Positions 38,436-46,715 of a stretch of DNA of 64,000 bases are shown here, piece after piece. The first letter of the stretch is position 1, and every line of letters starts with the position of its first letter. Both the position numbers and the translations under genes were made by a program. The notes beneath the pieces were generated by a model that saw nothing but the letters and a program-made list of their open reading frames with translations, was not told where the DNA came from and searched no databases. This DNA is from an uncultured Gemmatimonadales bacterium. Lineage in GTDB: Bacteria > Gemmatimonadota > Gemmatimonadetes > Gemmatimonadales > Gemmatimonadaceae. Location of the stretch: assembly GCA_963701965.1 (NCBI GenBank), contig OY969695.1:2400001-2464000 (forward strand). The letters are read 5' to 3'.

Positions 38436-41011
38436 AACGCTGGTCGCTCCTGGCCCTCTGCCTCGCGGCACCGGTGAGCGCGCAGCGCGAGCCCGTGCTC
38501 GAGCAGATCGTGCTGCCGCACGCGTACTACTATCGCGAGATGTACCTCCCCCAGGTGACGAGCGGACCGAGCACGGTCACGTGGTCGCCCGATGGGCAGA
38601 GCGTGATCTACTCGATGCAGGGCTCGCTCTGGCGTCAGCGCCTGGGCACAACGGAAGCCGAGCAGCTGACGGCGGGTCCCGGGTACGACTTTCAGCCGGA
38701 CTGGTCGCCCGACGGCCGGTCGGTGGTCTACGTGTCCTATCGCGGCGACGCCGAGGAGCTGCGGTTGCTGGACCTGGCGAGCGGCGACGATCATCCGCTC
38801 ACGGTCAACGGCGCCGTCAACGTCGACCCGCGCTGGTCGCCCGACGGATCGCGCCTGGCGTTCGTGTCCACGGTCTATCAGGGCCGCTTTCACATCTACG
38901 TCGCGACCATCAAGACAGGACAGCTCGACGCCGTTCGCCGCGTCACCGAGGACCACGACAGTCATCTGCCGCGCTACTACTACTCGGTATTCGACCACTA
39001 CCTCTCACCGACGTGGTCGCCGGACGGCGCCGAGCTCCTGTTCGTCTCCAACCGCGGGCACGTGTGGGGCACGGGTGGTCTGTGGCGGGCGCCGGCCGAC
39101 AGCGGCCCGGCCGACCGCGCACGGCAGATCCCGGCGCAGCCGGGATCAGTCCAACCGACTTCGGATCTCGCGACGCGAAGCGTCGAGATCCGGAACGAAG
39201 AGACGGCCTGGAAGCCGCATCCCGACTGGTCGCGCGACGGGCATCGCGTAGTCTATAGCTCGTTCGCCGGCCGGCAGTGGAACCAGCTGTGGCTGACGAC
39301 GCCGAACGGCGACTTTCCCGTGCAGCTGACCTACGGCGACTTCGACGCCACGGTGCCCCGGTGGTCGCCGGACGGCGGCCGGATTGCGTTCATCGCCAAC
39401 GAGGGTGGCAACACATCGCTGCGCATCGTCGCCGTCCCGGGTGGTGCGGTCTCCATCGTCACGGCCAAGCAACGCCATTACAAGGGAGCGGTCGGCGTGC
39501 TCCGCGTCATGGTGCGCGATGCGACCGGCCATCCGATGCCTGGCCGCGTCTCGGTCTCGGGCCGTGGCGATCGCACCTACGCCCCGGACGACGCCTGGCG
39601 TTACGCCGACGACTCGTTCGACCGCAAAACGCGGCGCCTGGAGATCGGATACTTCCAGACCACCGGCGCGTCGGTGCTCACCGTTCCCGCCGAGAGCGTC
39701 ACCGTCGATGTGTCGCGCGGCCTCGAGTATCGTCCGGCGCATCGCCGCGTCGCCATCAAGCCCGGCGACACGACGACCGTGGTCGTGGGGCTCCCCCGTA
39801 TGGCCAACCTCCCGCCGGAGGGTTGGTACAGCGGCGACCTTCACGTGCACATGAACTACGGGGGCACGTATCGGAACACGACCGCGCATCTCGCCGAGCA
39901 GGCGCGCGCCGAGGACGTGCACGTCATCGAAGACTTGATCGTGAACAAGGAGGGGCGCATCCCCGACGTGGGGTCGTTCATTCCCGGCGGGCGCGCCGAT
40001 CCGGCGAGCGACGCCAACACGCTCATCGTCCACGGCCAGGAATTTCACACCAGCTACTGGGGCCACGCCGGCCTGTTGGGTCTTCGGTCGTCGCTGATCC
40101 TGCCCGGCTACGCCGCGTACGCGTCGACCCCGGTCGCGAGCCTCGTGCCCACCAACGCCGACGTCGCGGGCATGGCCCACGCCGACCGCGCGCTGCTTGG
40201 CTACGTGCACCCGTTCGACGTCTACCCCGATCCCGCGGATATGGGCACGGCGCTGACCGATGAGCTACCCGTCGATGTCGCTTTGGGCGCCGTAGACTAT
40301 ATGGAGATCGTCGGGTTCAGCGATCATTTGTCGACCGCCCGCGTATGGTATCAGCTGTTGAATTGCGGGTTTCGTCTCCCCGCGGGCGCGGGCACCGACG
40401 CGATGGCCAACTACGCGTCGCTCCGCGGGCCGGTCGGTCTCAACCGCGTCTTCGTCCACGCCGGCTCGGCTCTCTGGCACGGCGCCTGGCTCGACTCGCT
40501 CAAGGCCGGCCGCTCCTTCGCCACGAACGGCCCGCTCCTCACCCTCACGATCGACGGACACGCGATCGGCGATGAGATCAAGGTCGCCGGCCCGACGACG
40601 CTGCACATCCATGCGACGCTGGCATCGATCGTGAGCGTCGACCATTTCGAGCTCGTGGGCCCGAGCGGTGTCGTGGCCAGCGTGGCGCTGACGGGCGACC
40701 GCACGACGGCGACCGCGGACTGGACGGTGACCGACTCGACCAGCGCCTGGTATACGGTGCGCGCGTACGCCGATCACGCGGCCGATCCGGCGTATCCGAT
40801 CCTGGACACCTACCCGTTCGCGACGACGAGTCCCATCTACGTGACCGTCGCCAACCGGCCAATGCGCTCGCCGCGCGATGCCCAGTATTTCGCCGCCTGG
40901 ATCGCGCGGCTCGCGGCCGGCGCGCGGAACTACACCGGGTACAACACGCCTGCCGAGCGGGCGCATGTGCTGGCCCAACTCGACTCGGCCGCTGCCGTCT
41001 TTGGTCATTGA
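38432..41011 (+). CDS. Exported TolB/PD40-repeat protein with CehA/McbA-type PHP metallohydrolase domain
   Basis: Repeated WSPDG motifs; WYSGDLHVHM, GQEFH, YVHP, AGTDA. Confidence 0.85.
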   Translation: MKRWSLLALCLAAPVSAQREPVLEQIVLPHAYYYREMYLPQVTSGPSTVTWSPDGQSVIYSMQGSLWRQRLGTTEAEQLTAGPGYDFQPDWSPDGRSVVYVSYRGDAEELRLLDLASGDDHPLTVNGAVNVDPRWSPDGSRLAFVSTVYQGRFHIYVATIKTGQLDAVRRVTEDHDSHLPRYYYSVFDHYLSPTWSPDGAELLFVSNRGHVWGTGGLWRAPADSGPADRARQIPAQPGSVQPTSDLATRSVEIRNEETAWKPHPDWSRDGHRVVYSSFAGRQWNQLWLTTPNGDFPVQLTYGDFDATVPRWSPDGGRIAFIANEGGNTSLRIVAVPGGAVSIVTAKQRHYKGAVGVLRVMVRDATGHPMPGRVSVSGRGDRTYAPDDAWRYADDSFDRKTRRLEIGYFQTTGASVLTVPAESVTVDVSRGLEYRPAHRRVAIKPGDTTTVVVGLPRMANLPPEGWYSGDLHVHMNYGGTYRNTTAHLAEQARAEDVHVIEDLIVNKEGRIPDVGSFIPGGRADPASDANTLIVHGQEFHTSYWGHAGLLGLRSSLILPGYAAYASTPVASLVPTNADVAGMAHADRALLGYVHPFDVYPDPADMGTALTDELPVDVALGAVDYMEIVGFSDHLSTARVWYQLLNCGFRLPAGAGTDAMANYASLRGPVGLNRVFVHAGSALWHGAWLDSLKAGRSFATNGPLLTLTIDGHAIGDEIKVAGPTTLHIHATLASIVSVDHFELVGPSGVVASVALTGDRTTATADWTVTDSTSAWYTVRAYADHAADPAYPILDTYPFATTSPIYVTVANRPMRSPRDAQYFAAWIARLAAGARNYTGYNTPAERAHVLAQLDSAAAVFGH
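39127..39191. repeat. Single copy of the palindromic element found tandemly in virD4
   Basis: GATCCCGGCGCAGCCGGGATCAGTCCAACCGACT identical to 2373-2406, followed by a CGACGC-GAA-GCGTCG hairpin. Confidence 0.9.
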
Positions 41012-41036
41012 TTTCGGTGTTTGTTCGGGTTATAAT
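41008..41036 (+). promoter_or_regulatory. Sigma70-type promoter TTGATT-17 bp-TATAAT upstream of the ECF sigma/S24 pair
   Basis: Perfect -10 and canonical spacing in a very GC-rich background. Confidence 0.7.
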
Positions 41037-41093
41037 TCTCTCCCCCATCCGCCCCTGTCCGGGCGTGGTGTCATTTCAGAGAGGGAGAGCGAC

Positions 41094-41822
41094 GTGCGCG
41101 GCTGGCGGGAGGATGCGGTGCGGCCGCGGACGGAGCGAGTCGCCGAGAATGCGGCGGCGCTGGCGGATCGCGGGCTCATCGTCGCCATGCGATGCGGAGA
41201 TCGCGGGGCCTTAGCCGAGTTTTATCGCCGGTTTCGGCCGGTGCTCGTCGTGGCCGTTCGCCGGTTCACGTGGGGCGGGACGGATGATGCGCCGGGGGCA
41301 ATAGACGGCGAGGCAGTCGTGGAGGACGTGCTGACGGATGCGGCGATTCGGTTCGTCACGACGACGGCGGCGGTGCCCGGGTCGGTCGCCGGGTATCTCG
41401 TCCGGATGCTGCGCAATCGCGTGCTCAACGCCGTGCGGGCGCGCGATCGCGAGGCGCGCCGCGTCGACGAGGGCATGGGGCGTTCCGAGTACGCGGAGCG
41501 CACCAGTGCTGGTCCGGAGAGCGCGGATGCCGGGCTCATGCTGTCGTCATCGGCCGCGCCGGCCGTGGTGCGGCTGGCGGCGGCGCTCGACGCCGCGATG
41601 ACCGACGACGACCGGCTCGTCGCGACGTGGCTCGGGAACGGCGTCTCGCAGCTCGACATTGCCGAGTGGCTGGGCGTGAGCCACTCGGCGCTGTGCAAGC
41701 GGGTGAGCCGGTTGCGGGCGCGGCTGCGTCTGGTCGCCAATCGGCATTTGGCGGGCGCGAGCGCGGAGGACCGGCAGGTGTTGGACGCGGTATTGGGAGC
41801 GAGAGGAGGTGCGCATGAGTGA
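41094..41822 (+). CDS. ECF-type RNA polymerase sigma factor
   Basis: Region 2 (GDRGALAEFYRRF...VEDV...YLVRMLRNRVLNAVR) and region 4 HTH (SQLDIAEWLGVSHSALCKRVSRLRARL); GTG after GAGGGAG. Confidence 0.75.
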   Translation: MRGWREDAVRPRTERVAENAAALADRGLIVAMRCGDRGALAEFYRRFRPVLVVAVRRFTWGGTDDAPGAIDGEAVVEDVLTDAAIRFVTTTAAVPGSVAGYLVRMLRNRVLNAVRARDREARRVDEGMGRSEYAERTSAGPESADAGLMLSSSAAPAVVRLAAALDAAMTDDDRLVATWLGNGVSQLDIAEWLGVSHSALCKRVSRLRARLRLVANRHLAGASAEDRQVLDAVLGARGGAHE

Positions 41823-42546
41823 GCAAGGCGAGTTGTTTGATCCGTTAGCGCCGCCCAGCGCGGCGGCGCCGGGCGATGCGCTGCTCGCGCTCGTTGGTGA
41901 GGCATTGCCACCACCGCCCGACGAGCGGCCCTCGCGAGGCGAGCGCCGCTTTTGGGATTGGTACGCGCACCGAAGCCGCGGCCAACAGTCGCGAGAGGAC
42001 GCCCGAAACACCGAGTCCGGCGTGAGCGCCTTTGTCGAGCGCGTGTCCGCACGGCTCGCGTCGCTGGCCGCGCCACTGCGCCGGGTCGAGACCGCGGCGC
42101 TCCGCCATCCCGCCATCGTGGGAGGACCGGTGTCGAGTACACTCGCGCTCGCGCGCGCCGCCGGCGCGGCGCCGTTGGTCGAGGTCGGCGTCGCGGCCGG
42201 GAGTGGGCGCGAGATCTGGGATGAAGTGACGGACGCCTGGGTTCTGGTGCCGGAGGATCTGCCGTCCCACCGCTACGTGGCGATGCGGGTCACGGGCGAC
42301 AGCATGACACCGCTACTGCACTCCGACGATGTGGTGCTCATCGATCTTGACGATGGCGATACATCCGCGGGCGCGATCGTCGTCGCCCGCAACGCCGACG
42401 ACGGATACGTCGTGAAGCAGATCACCGCCAACGACGGTTTCGACATCGAGCTCGGTTCACTCAACCCCGATTACGCACCGTTGCACATCTCAGCAACGAG
42501 GAATCTAGTACTGGGTCGCGTCGTGCTCCGGTGGTGCGAGCACTGA
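41815..42546 (+). CDS. S24 (LexA/UmuD-type) serine peptidase without N-terminal HTH
   Basis: VAAGSG Ala-Gly site, GDSM Ser, YVVKQ Lys, SLNPDY; GGAGG RBS; overlaps sigma stop. Confidence 0.85.
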   Translation: MSEQGELFDPLAPPSAAAPGDALLALVGEALPPPPDERPSRGERRFWDWYAHRSRGQQSREDARNTESGVSAFVERVSARLASLAAPLRRVETAALRHPAIVGGPVSSTLALARAAGAAPLVEVGVAAGSGREIWDEVTDAWVLVPEDLPSHRYVAMRVTGDSMTPLLHSDDVVLIDLDDGDTSAGAIVVARNADDGYVVKQITANDGFDIELGSLNPDYAPLHISATRNLVLGRVVLRWCEH

Positions 42547-42642
42547 GCCTATCACGAATTCTGCACACTTTCGTCGTGCAAACCCTGACACCCCGAGCGG
42601 CATCTCATCGTACAGTTGTCAAGACCCCCACAGGGAGATGAG

Positions 42643-43056
42643 ATGCAGATGCGGTTTGCAAGCGGCGCCATGCTCAGGAGCGCGATGTTCAGGAGAGCCT
42701 TGCTCCCAGCGGCGCTGGTGGCATCGGTCGGATTCACCAATCGCGTACCGTCGACCGAGCCCGCCCCGATCGCGGGCCGGGTGATGGACCTGGTTGGCGA
42801 TGCGGTCCAGTTCGCGCACGTCCGGATCACCGATCAAATGACCGGCGCGGTCCTGACGACCCTCACATCATTGAACGGGAACTTCGTGATCGAGAATCTC
42901 TCCCGCGATCACCACTACAGCGTCGACGTCCGGTGTATCGGGTACGTGCCCCGCACGCTGACCGACGTGCAGCCCACCGCCGACGGCGCCGCGATCGCGG
43001 ACGTCATGATGGAACCGATCCCCCGGCGCGCAACGCCGCGTATCGCCAGTCTTTAG
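42643..43056 (+). CDS. Exported carboxypeptidase-regulatory-like (Ig-fold) domain protein
   Basis: IAGRVMD..GDAV..AHV, T..NGNF.I..L, Y.V.V...GY. Confidence 0.7.
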   Translation: MQMRFASGAMLRSAMFRRALLPAALVASVGFTNRVPSTEPAPIAGRVMDLVGDAVQFAHVRITDQMTGAVLTTLTSLNGNFVIENLSRDHHYSVDVRCIGYVPRTLTDVQPTADGAAIADVMMEPIPRRATPRIASL

Positions 43057-44075
43057 CTGGCGACGAGCGGCATGACCTGCGCGCTGAAGCGCTCCATCTC
43101 CTCGAGCTGCGGGCTGCACTGCAGCAGGAGCAGGTCGACCCCGGCGTCCGAGAAAGCCCGGATGCGCTCGGCGACCATCTCCGGCGTCCCCACGAGCCCC
43201 GCCCGCAGCCCGCGATTGGAGACGGAATAGTCTTCCGGGCTCACGGCCTGCTCGAGTTTCGTGTTGGCCAACCAATCCTGATAGCCGGCGTATCCCGGCG
43301 ACCCGGGACCGACGTTGGTGATACGGGCCCGCTCGCGCTCGGCCTCGGCTACCGTGTCGCGCACGATCACATAGGCCGCCATCCCGAACGTCATCGGCAC
43401 CTGCCCCGTGGCGGCGCGGCGGCGGCGCATGTCCTCGACCTTGGGCGCCACGCGCTCCGGCGGGTCGCCGTGCATGACGTACGCGTCGCACTGCGATGAG
43501 ATCAACGTCTTGGCCGCCTCCGACTCGCCGCCCGCGTAGACGACCGGCGGCCGCACGGGCTTCGGCTCCAGCACGCTGTCCGTCACCGAGTAGTACTTCC
43601 CCTCGAACGTGAAGCGGCTGTTGCACCACGTGCCCTGGACCACGCGCAGCCACTCGTCCGTGCGCGCGTACCGATCATCGTGCTGCTCGAAGTGCACCCC
43701 GTAGCGCCGCGCCTCGTCGGCCCACCAGCTGGAGACGACGTTGAGCGCCAGACGCCCGTTGGCAATGCGGTCGATGTTCGCGGCCTGCTTGGCCAGGATC
43801 GCCGGGTTGTGGAACGTGGGCCGTACCGCGACCATGAGCTCCAGCTTTGTGGTCACGGCCGCCAACGCCGCCGCCGTCGACCACGCGTCGAGCGCCGGCG
43901 CGTCGATGCCTTTGATGTCGTTCAGAAACAACTCGGCGATCAACGTCAGGTCGTAGCCCAGCGCTTCGCTGCGCTGCGCCACCGCGCGCGTGTACTCCCA
44001 CGAGGCTTCCATCCGCTCATCGGGGATATTGCGCAGCCACCCGCCAAAGACGGGCATCCAGTAGCCGTAGCGCAT
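43053..44075 (-). CDS. LLM-class flavin-dependent monooxygenase (SsuD/SfnG-like)
   Basis: AVRPTF, LAKQAANIDRIANGRLALNVVS, YAGGES, LVGTPE. Confidence 0.9.
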   Translation of the reverse strand: MRYGYWMPVFGGWLRNIPDERMEASWEYTRAVAQRSEALGYDLTLIAELFLNDIKGIDAPALDAWSTAAALAAVTTKLELMVAVRPTFHNPAILAKQAANIDRIANGRLALNVVSSWWADEARRYGVHFEQHDDRYARTDEWLRVVQGTWCNSRFTFEGKYYSVTDSVLEPKPVRPPVVYAGGESEAAKTLISSQCDAYVMHGDPPERVAPKVEDMRRRRAATGQVPMTFGMAAYVIVRDTVAEAERERARITNVGPGSPGYAGYQDWLANTKLEQAVSPEDYSVSNRGLRAGLVGTPEMVAERIRAFSDAGVDLLLLQCSPQLEEMERFSAQVMPLVAS

Positions 44076-45022
44076 CAGCAGACGCGCGTCAGGATGTAGT
44101 CGACCAGCCGCTCGTGCGGGTCGAACCCGACGACGTTGCGCGCGTCGGCCACGAAATTGGACAGTGCGTTCACGTCGTAGAAGTAGTACTCGCCGTCGCG
44201 ATCATCGATCAGGCACTCAATGCCGCCCACGTCCAGCTTGACGTGACGGGCGATCTGCTCGACGGCCCGAATGATCTCCGCCGGCGGATTGGCCCGCTCC
44301 ACGCGCATGCCGTTCTTCGGCGCATCGAGCGCGCAGGCCGACCGGCTCAGCGCCCGGCCATCGGTGGTTTGGCACACGTCGGCCGGACAGAGATTGTAGG
44401 AATCCTCCGCCGGGAAGACGTTGATCGCGTACAGAAACGCGCCGCCCAGCGTCTCCAGCCGCGTGATGTGGCCCCCGCGGAGCGGCGCCAACTCCTGCAC
44501 CAACGCGACACCATCGACACCGAAATCGAGGGTCCCTTCCTCGGCGGCCGTGCGCACGGCGCCGGGATCGTCAAACCGCGTGATGCCGGCGCCGCTCCCG
44601 CCCACGTTGGCCTTCACGAGAATCGGGTACCGGAGATCCGCCGCGGCCTCGGAGACTGTGGCCCCCGAGTTTGCGATCCGCGTCCGCGGAAAGGGAAGCC
44701 CGAGGGTCGCCAGCGCATCGAGCTGCACGGCCTTGGACGTGTCCATCGCGTAGGCCGACTCGCCATTGACCACCGGCACGCCCAGGCGCTCCAAGTGGCG
44801 GAGCCACTGCAGCGTATAGAACGTGGATCCATTGTGGCCGCGCAGGTATGCCGACGGGCTGGCCCGGTTGAAGACCGCGCTGTATGGCACCGACTTTTCC
44901 GACGGGTCGTACCGGTGCGCCGCCGCGTCCAGGCGCACGAACGGCACGCGGCGTCGGTCCAGTTCGGCGAACAATGGACGAAACCAGTCCGGGTGTTCGT
45001 AATAGATGGCGATGGGTTCCAT
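44075..45022 (-). CDS. ATP-grasp (RimK-like) ligase
   Basis: LVKANVGGSGAGI, LVQE, GGIE, YDVNALSNF. Confidence 0.85.
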   Translation of the reverse strand: MEPIAIYYEHPDWFRPLFAELDRRRVPFVRLDAAAHRYDPSEKSVPYSAVFNRASPSAYLRGHNGSTFYTLQWLRHLERLGVPVVNGESAYAMDTSKAVQLDALATLGLPFPRTRIANSGATVSEAAADLRYPILVKANVGGSGAGITRFDDPGAVRTAAEEGTLDFGVDGVALVQELAPLRGGHITRLETLGGAFLYAINVFPAEDSYNLCPADVCQTTDGRALSRSACALDAPKNGMRVERANPPAEIIRAVEQIARHVKLDVGGIECLIDDRDGEYYFYDVNALSNFVADARNVVGFDPHERLVDYILTRVC

Positions 45023-45039
45023 GCGATATAATTTAGGCT
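45023..45039. promoter_or_regulatory. Overlapping divergent -10 elements (TATAAT +, TAAATT -), each 7 nt from an ATG
   Basis: 17-bp intergenic GCGATATAATTTAGGCT between divergent start codons. Confidence 0.6.
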
Positions 45040-46152
45040 ATGTCCAGCCCCGCCGCGCGTCCGGACGCCGTGCCCGCACCGGACATCCATCCCGAGTCAC
45101 CCGAGACCCCCACGCGAACCTGGATCATTCGGGGGGTCATCGCCCTCGCCCTTGTCGTGGGCATCGTCTGGGGGGTGCGCAAGTTCATTTACAGCCAGTC
45201 CCACGAGACGACCGACGACGCCCAACTCGCGGGGCACGTCATCCCGGTCATCCCCAAGGTCAGTGGCTACATCCAAAAGGTGTACGTCAACGACAACCAG
45301 CCCGTCAAAGCGGGCGATACGCTCGTCGTGCTCGACCCGCGGGACTATCAGGTCGCCTTGGACCGGTCCGAAGCCGAGCTGCGCTCGGCGTTGGCCGCCG
45401 GCACCCGCGGCAGCGCCACGGCGGCCGTCAACGTCGCCGAGGCGCAGCACGCGGCGCTGGCGGCGGACGTCGCGGTCGCGCAGGCGAACTTCGATCGCGC
45501 CGAGCATGACGTGCAACGGTTTCGCGACCTGGCGGCCAAGAACATCATCTCGGCGCAGCAGCTGGATCAGGCGATCGCGGCCGACAAGGCGGCGGCCGCG
45601 CAGTTGGCGGCGGCCCAGGCCCAGGCGGTGAGCGGCGGGGCCAACGTCACGGGCGCAAACTTCGAGGCGCGGAACGCGGACTTCCGCGTGGCGAGCCTCA
45701 CCGCGGCGCTCAACAACGCGCGCCTGCAGGTGGCCTATACGACCCTGCAGTCGCCCATCAACGGCATCACGGCCAAGAAGAACGCCGAGATCGGGCAGTA
45801 CGTGCAAGCGGGGCAGCAGCTGCTGGCGATCGTCGAGACCGACACGGTGTGGGTGGTCGCCAACGTGAAAGAGACACAGATGCGTGACATCAAGCCCGGA
45901 CAGGACGCCGAAGTGACCGTGGACGCGATCCGGGGCCTTACGCTGCACGGCAAAGTGCAGTCGATCCAGGACGCCACCGGCGCCACGTTCGCGCTGCTGC
46001 CGCCCGACAACGCCACCGGCAACTTCACGAAGATCGTGCAGCGCGTCCCCGTGAAGATCGCGCTGGAGAAGCCGAGCGTGAACGGCCGGCCGCTGTCGCC
46101 AGGGTTGTCGGTCGAAGTGTCGATCGATACGAAGAGCGGGACGAACCGCTAG
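45040..46152 (+). CDS. HlyD/EmrA-family membrane fusion protein
   Basis: ETTDDAQ, PKVSGY, FALLPPDNATGNFTKIVQRVPVKI. Confidence 0.92.
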   Translation: MSSPAARPDAVPAPDIHPESPETPTRTWIIRGVIALALVVGIVWGVRKFIYSQSHETTDDAQLAGHVIPVIPKVSGYIQKVYVNDNQPVKAGDTLVVLDPRDYQVALDRSEAELRSALAAGTRGSATAAVNVAEAQHAALAADVAVAQANFDRAEHDVQRFRDLAAKNIISAQQLDQAIAADKAAAAQLAAAQAQAVSGGANVTGANFEARNADFRVASLTAALNNARLQVAYTTLQSPINGITAKKNAEIGQYVQAGQQLLAIVETDTVWVVANVKETQMRDIKPGQDAEVTVDAIRGLTLHGKVQSIQDATGATFALLPPDNATGNFTKIVQRVPVKIALEKPSVNGRPLSPGLSVEVSIDTKSGTNR

Positions 46153-46715
46153 AGCCCCAGCGCGGACGCTTCGGCGCGCATCGCGTCGATCACGAACTGG
46201 ATGTGCTCGTCCAGGTCGACGCCCAAATCCGCCGCACCCTGCACGACGTCCTCGCGGCTCACGCCGCGGGCAAAAGCTTTGTCCTTCATCTTCTTGCGAA
46301 CGGAACGCGCGTCGACGTCCTCGACGCGGCGCGAGGGCTTGACCAACGCGGTGGCGGTGATGAGACCGGTCAGCTCATCGACAGCGAACAGGGTCTTGGC
46401 CATGCGGGACGCCCGCGGCACGCCGGAATACCGCGCGTGACCGAGGATGGCCTCGAGGATGTCCTCGCCCACACCGCGGGAGCGGAGGACACCCACGCCC
46501 TCGGCCGGATGGCCTGCCGTCGGCGAGTGCTCGGCGTTGGGAAATCGCTCGTAGTCGAAATCGTGCAGCAGGCCGGCGAGCCCCCACCGCTCGGCGTCCT
46601 CGCCCCATTTGACCGCGTAGGCCCGCATCCCCGCCTCGACGGCGAGCATGTGCTTCCGCAGCGAGTCGCTCGCGGTGTACTCCTGCATGAGCGCTAACGC
46701 GTCCGGACGGTTCAT
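46149..46715 (-). CDS. HD-domain phosphohydrolase
   Basis: LRKHMLAVE, GLLHDFDYE, AVDELTG, KDKAFARGV. Confidence 0.88.
   Translation of the reverse strand: MNRPDALALMQEYTASDSLRKHMLAVEAGMRAYAVKWGEDAERWGLAGLLHDFDYERFPNAEHSPTAGHPAEGVGVLRSRGVGEDILEAILGHARYSGVPRASRMAKTLFAVDELTGLITATALVKPSRRVEDVDARSVRKKMKDKAFARGVSREDVVQGAADLGVDLDEHIQFVIDAMRAEASALGL

Noticed and set aside
41815..42546. Canonical lexA or umuD
   Set aside because: No N-terminal winged HTH, an N-terminal region far longer than UmuD, and no umuC/imu genes adjacent
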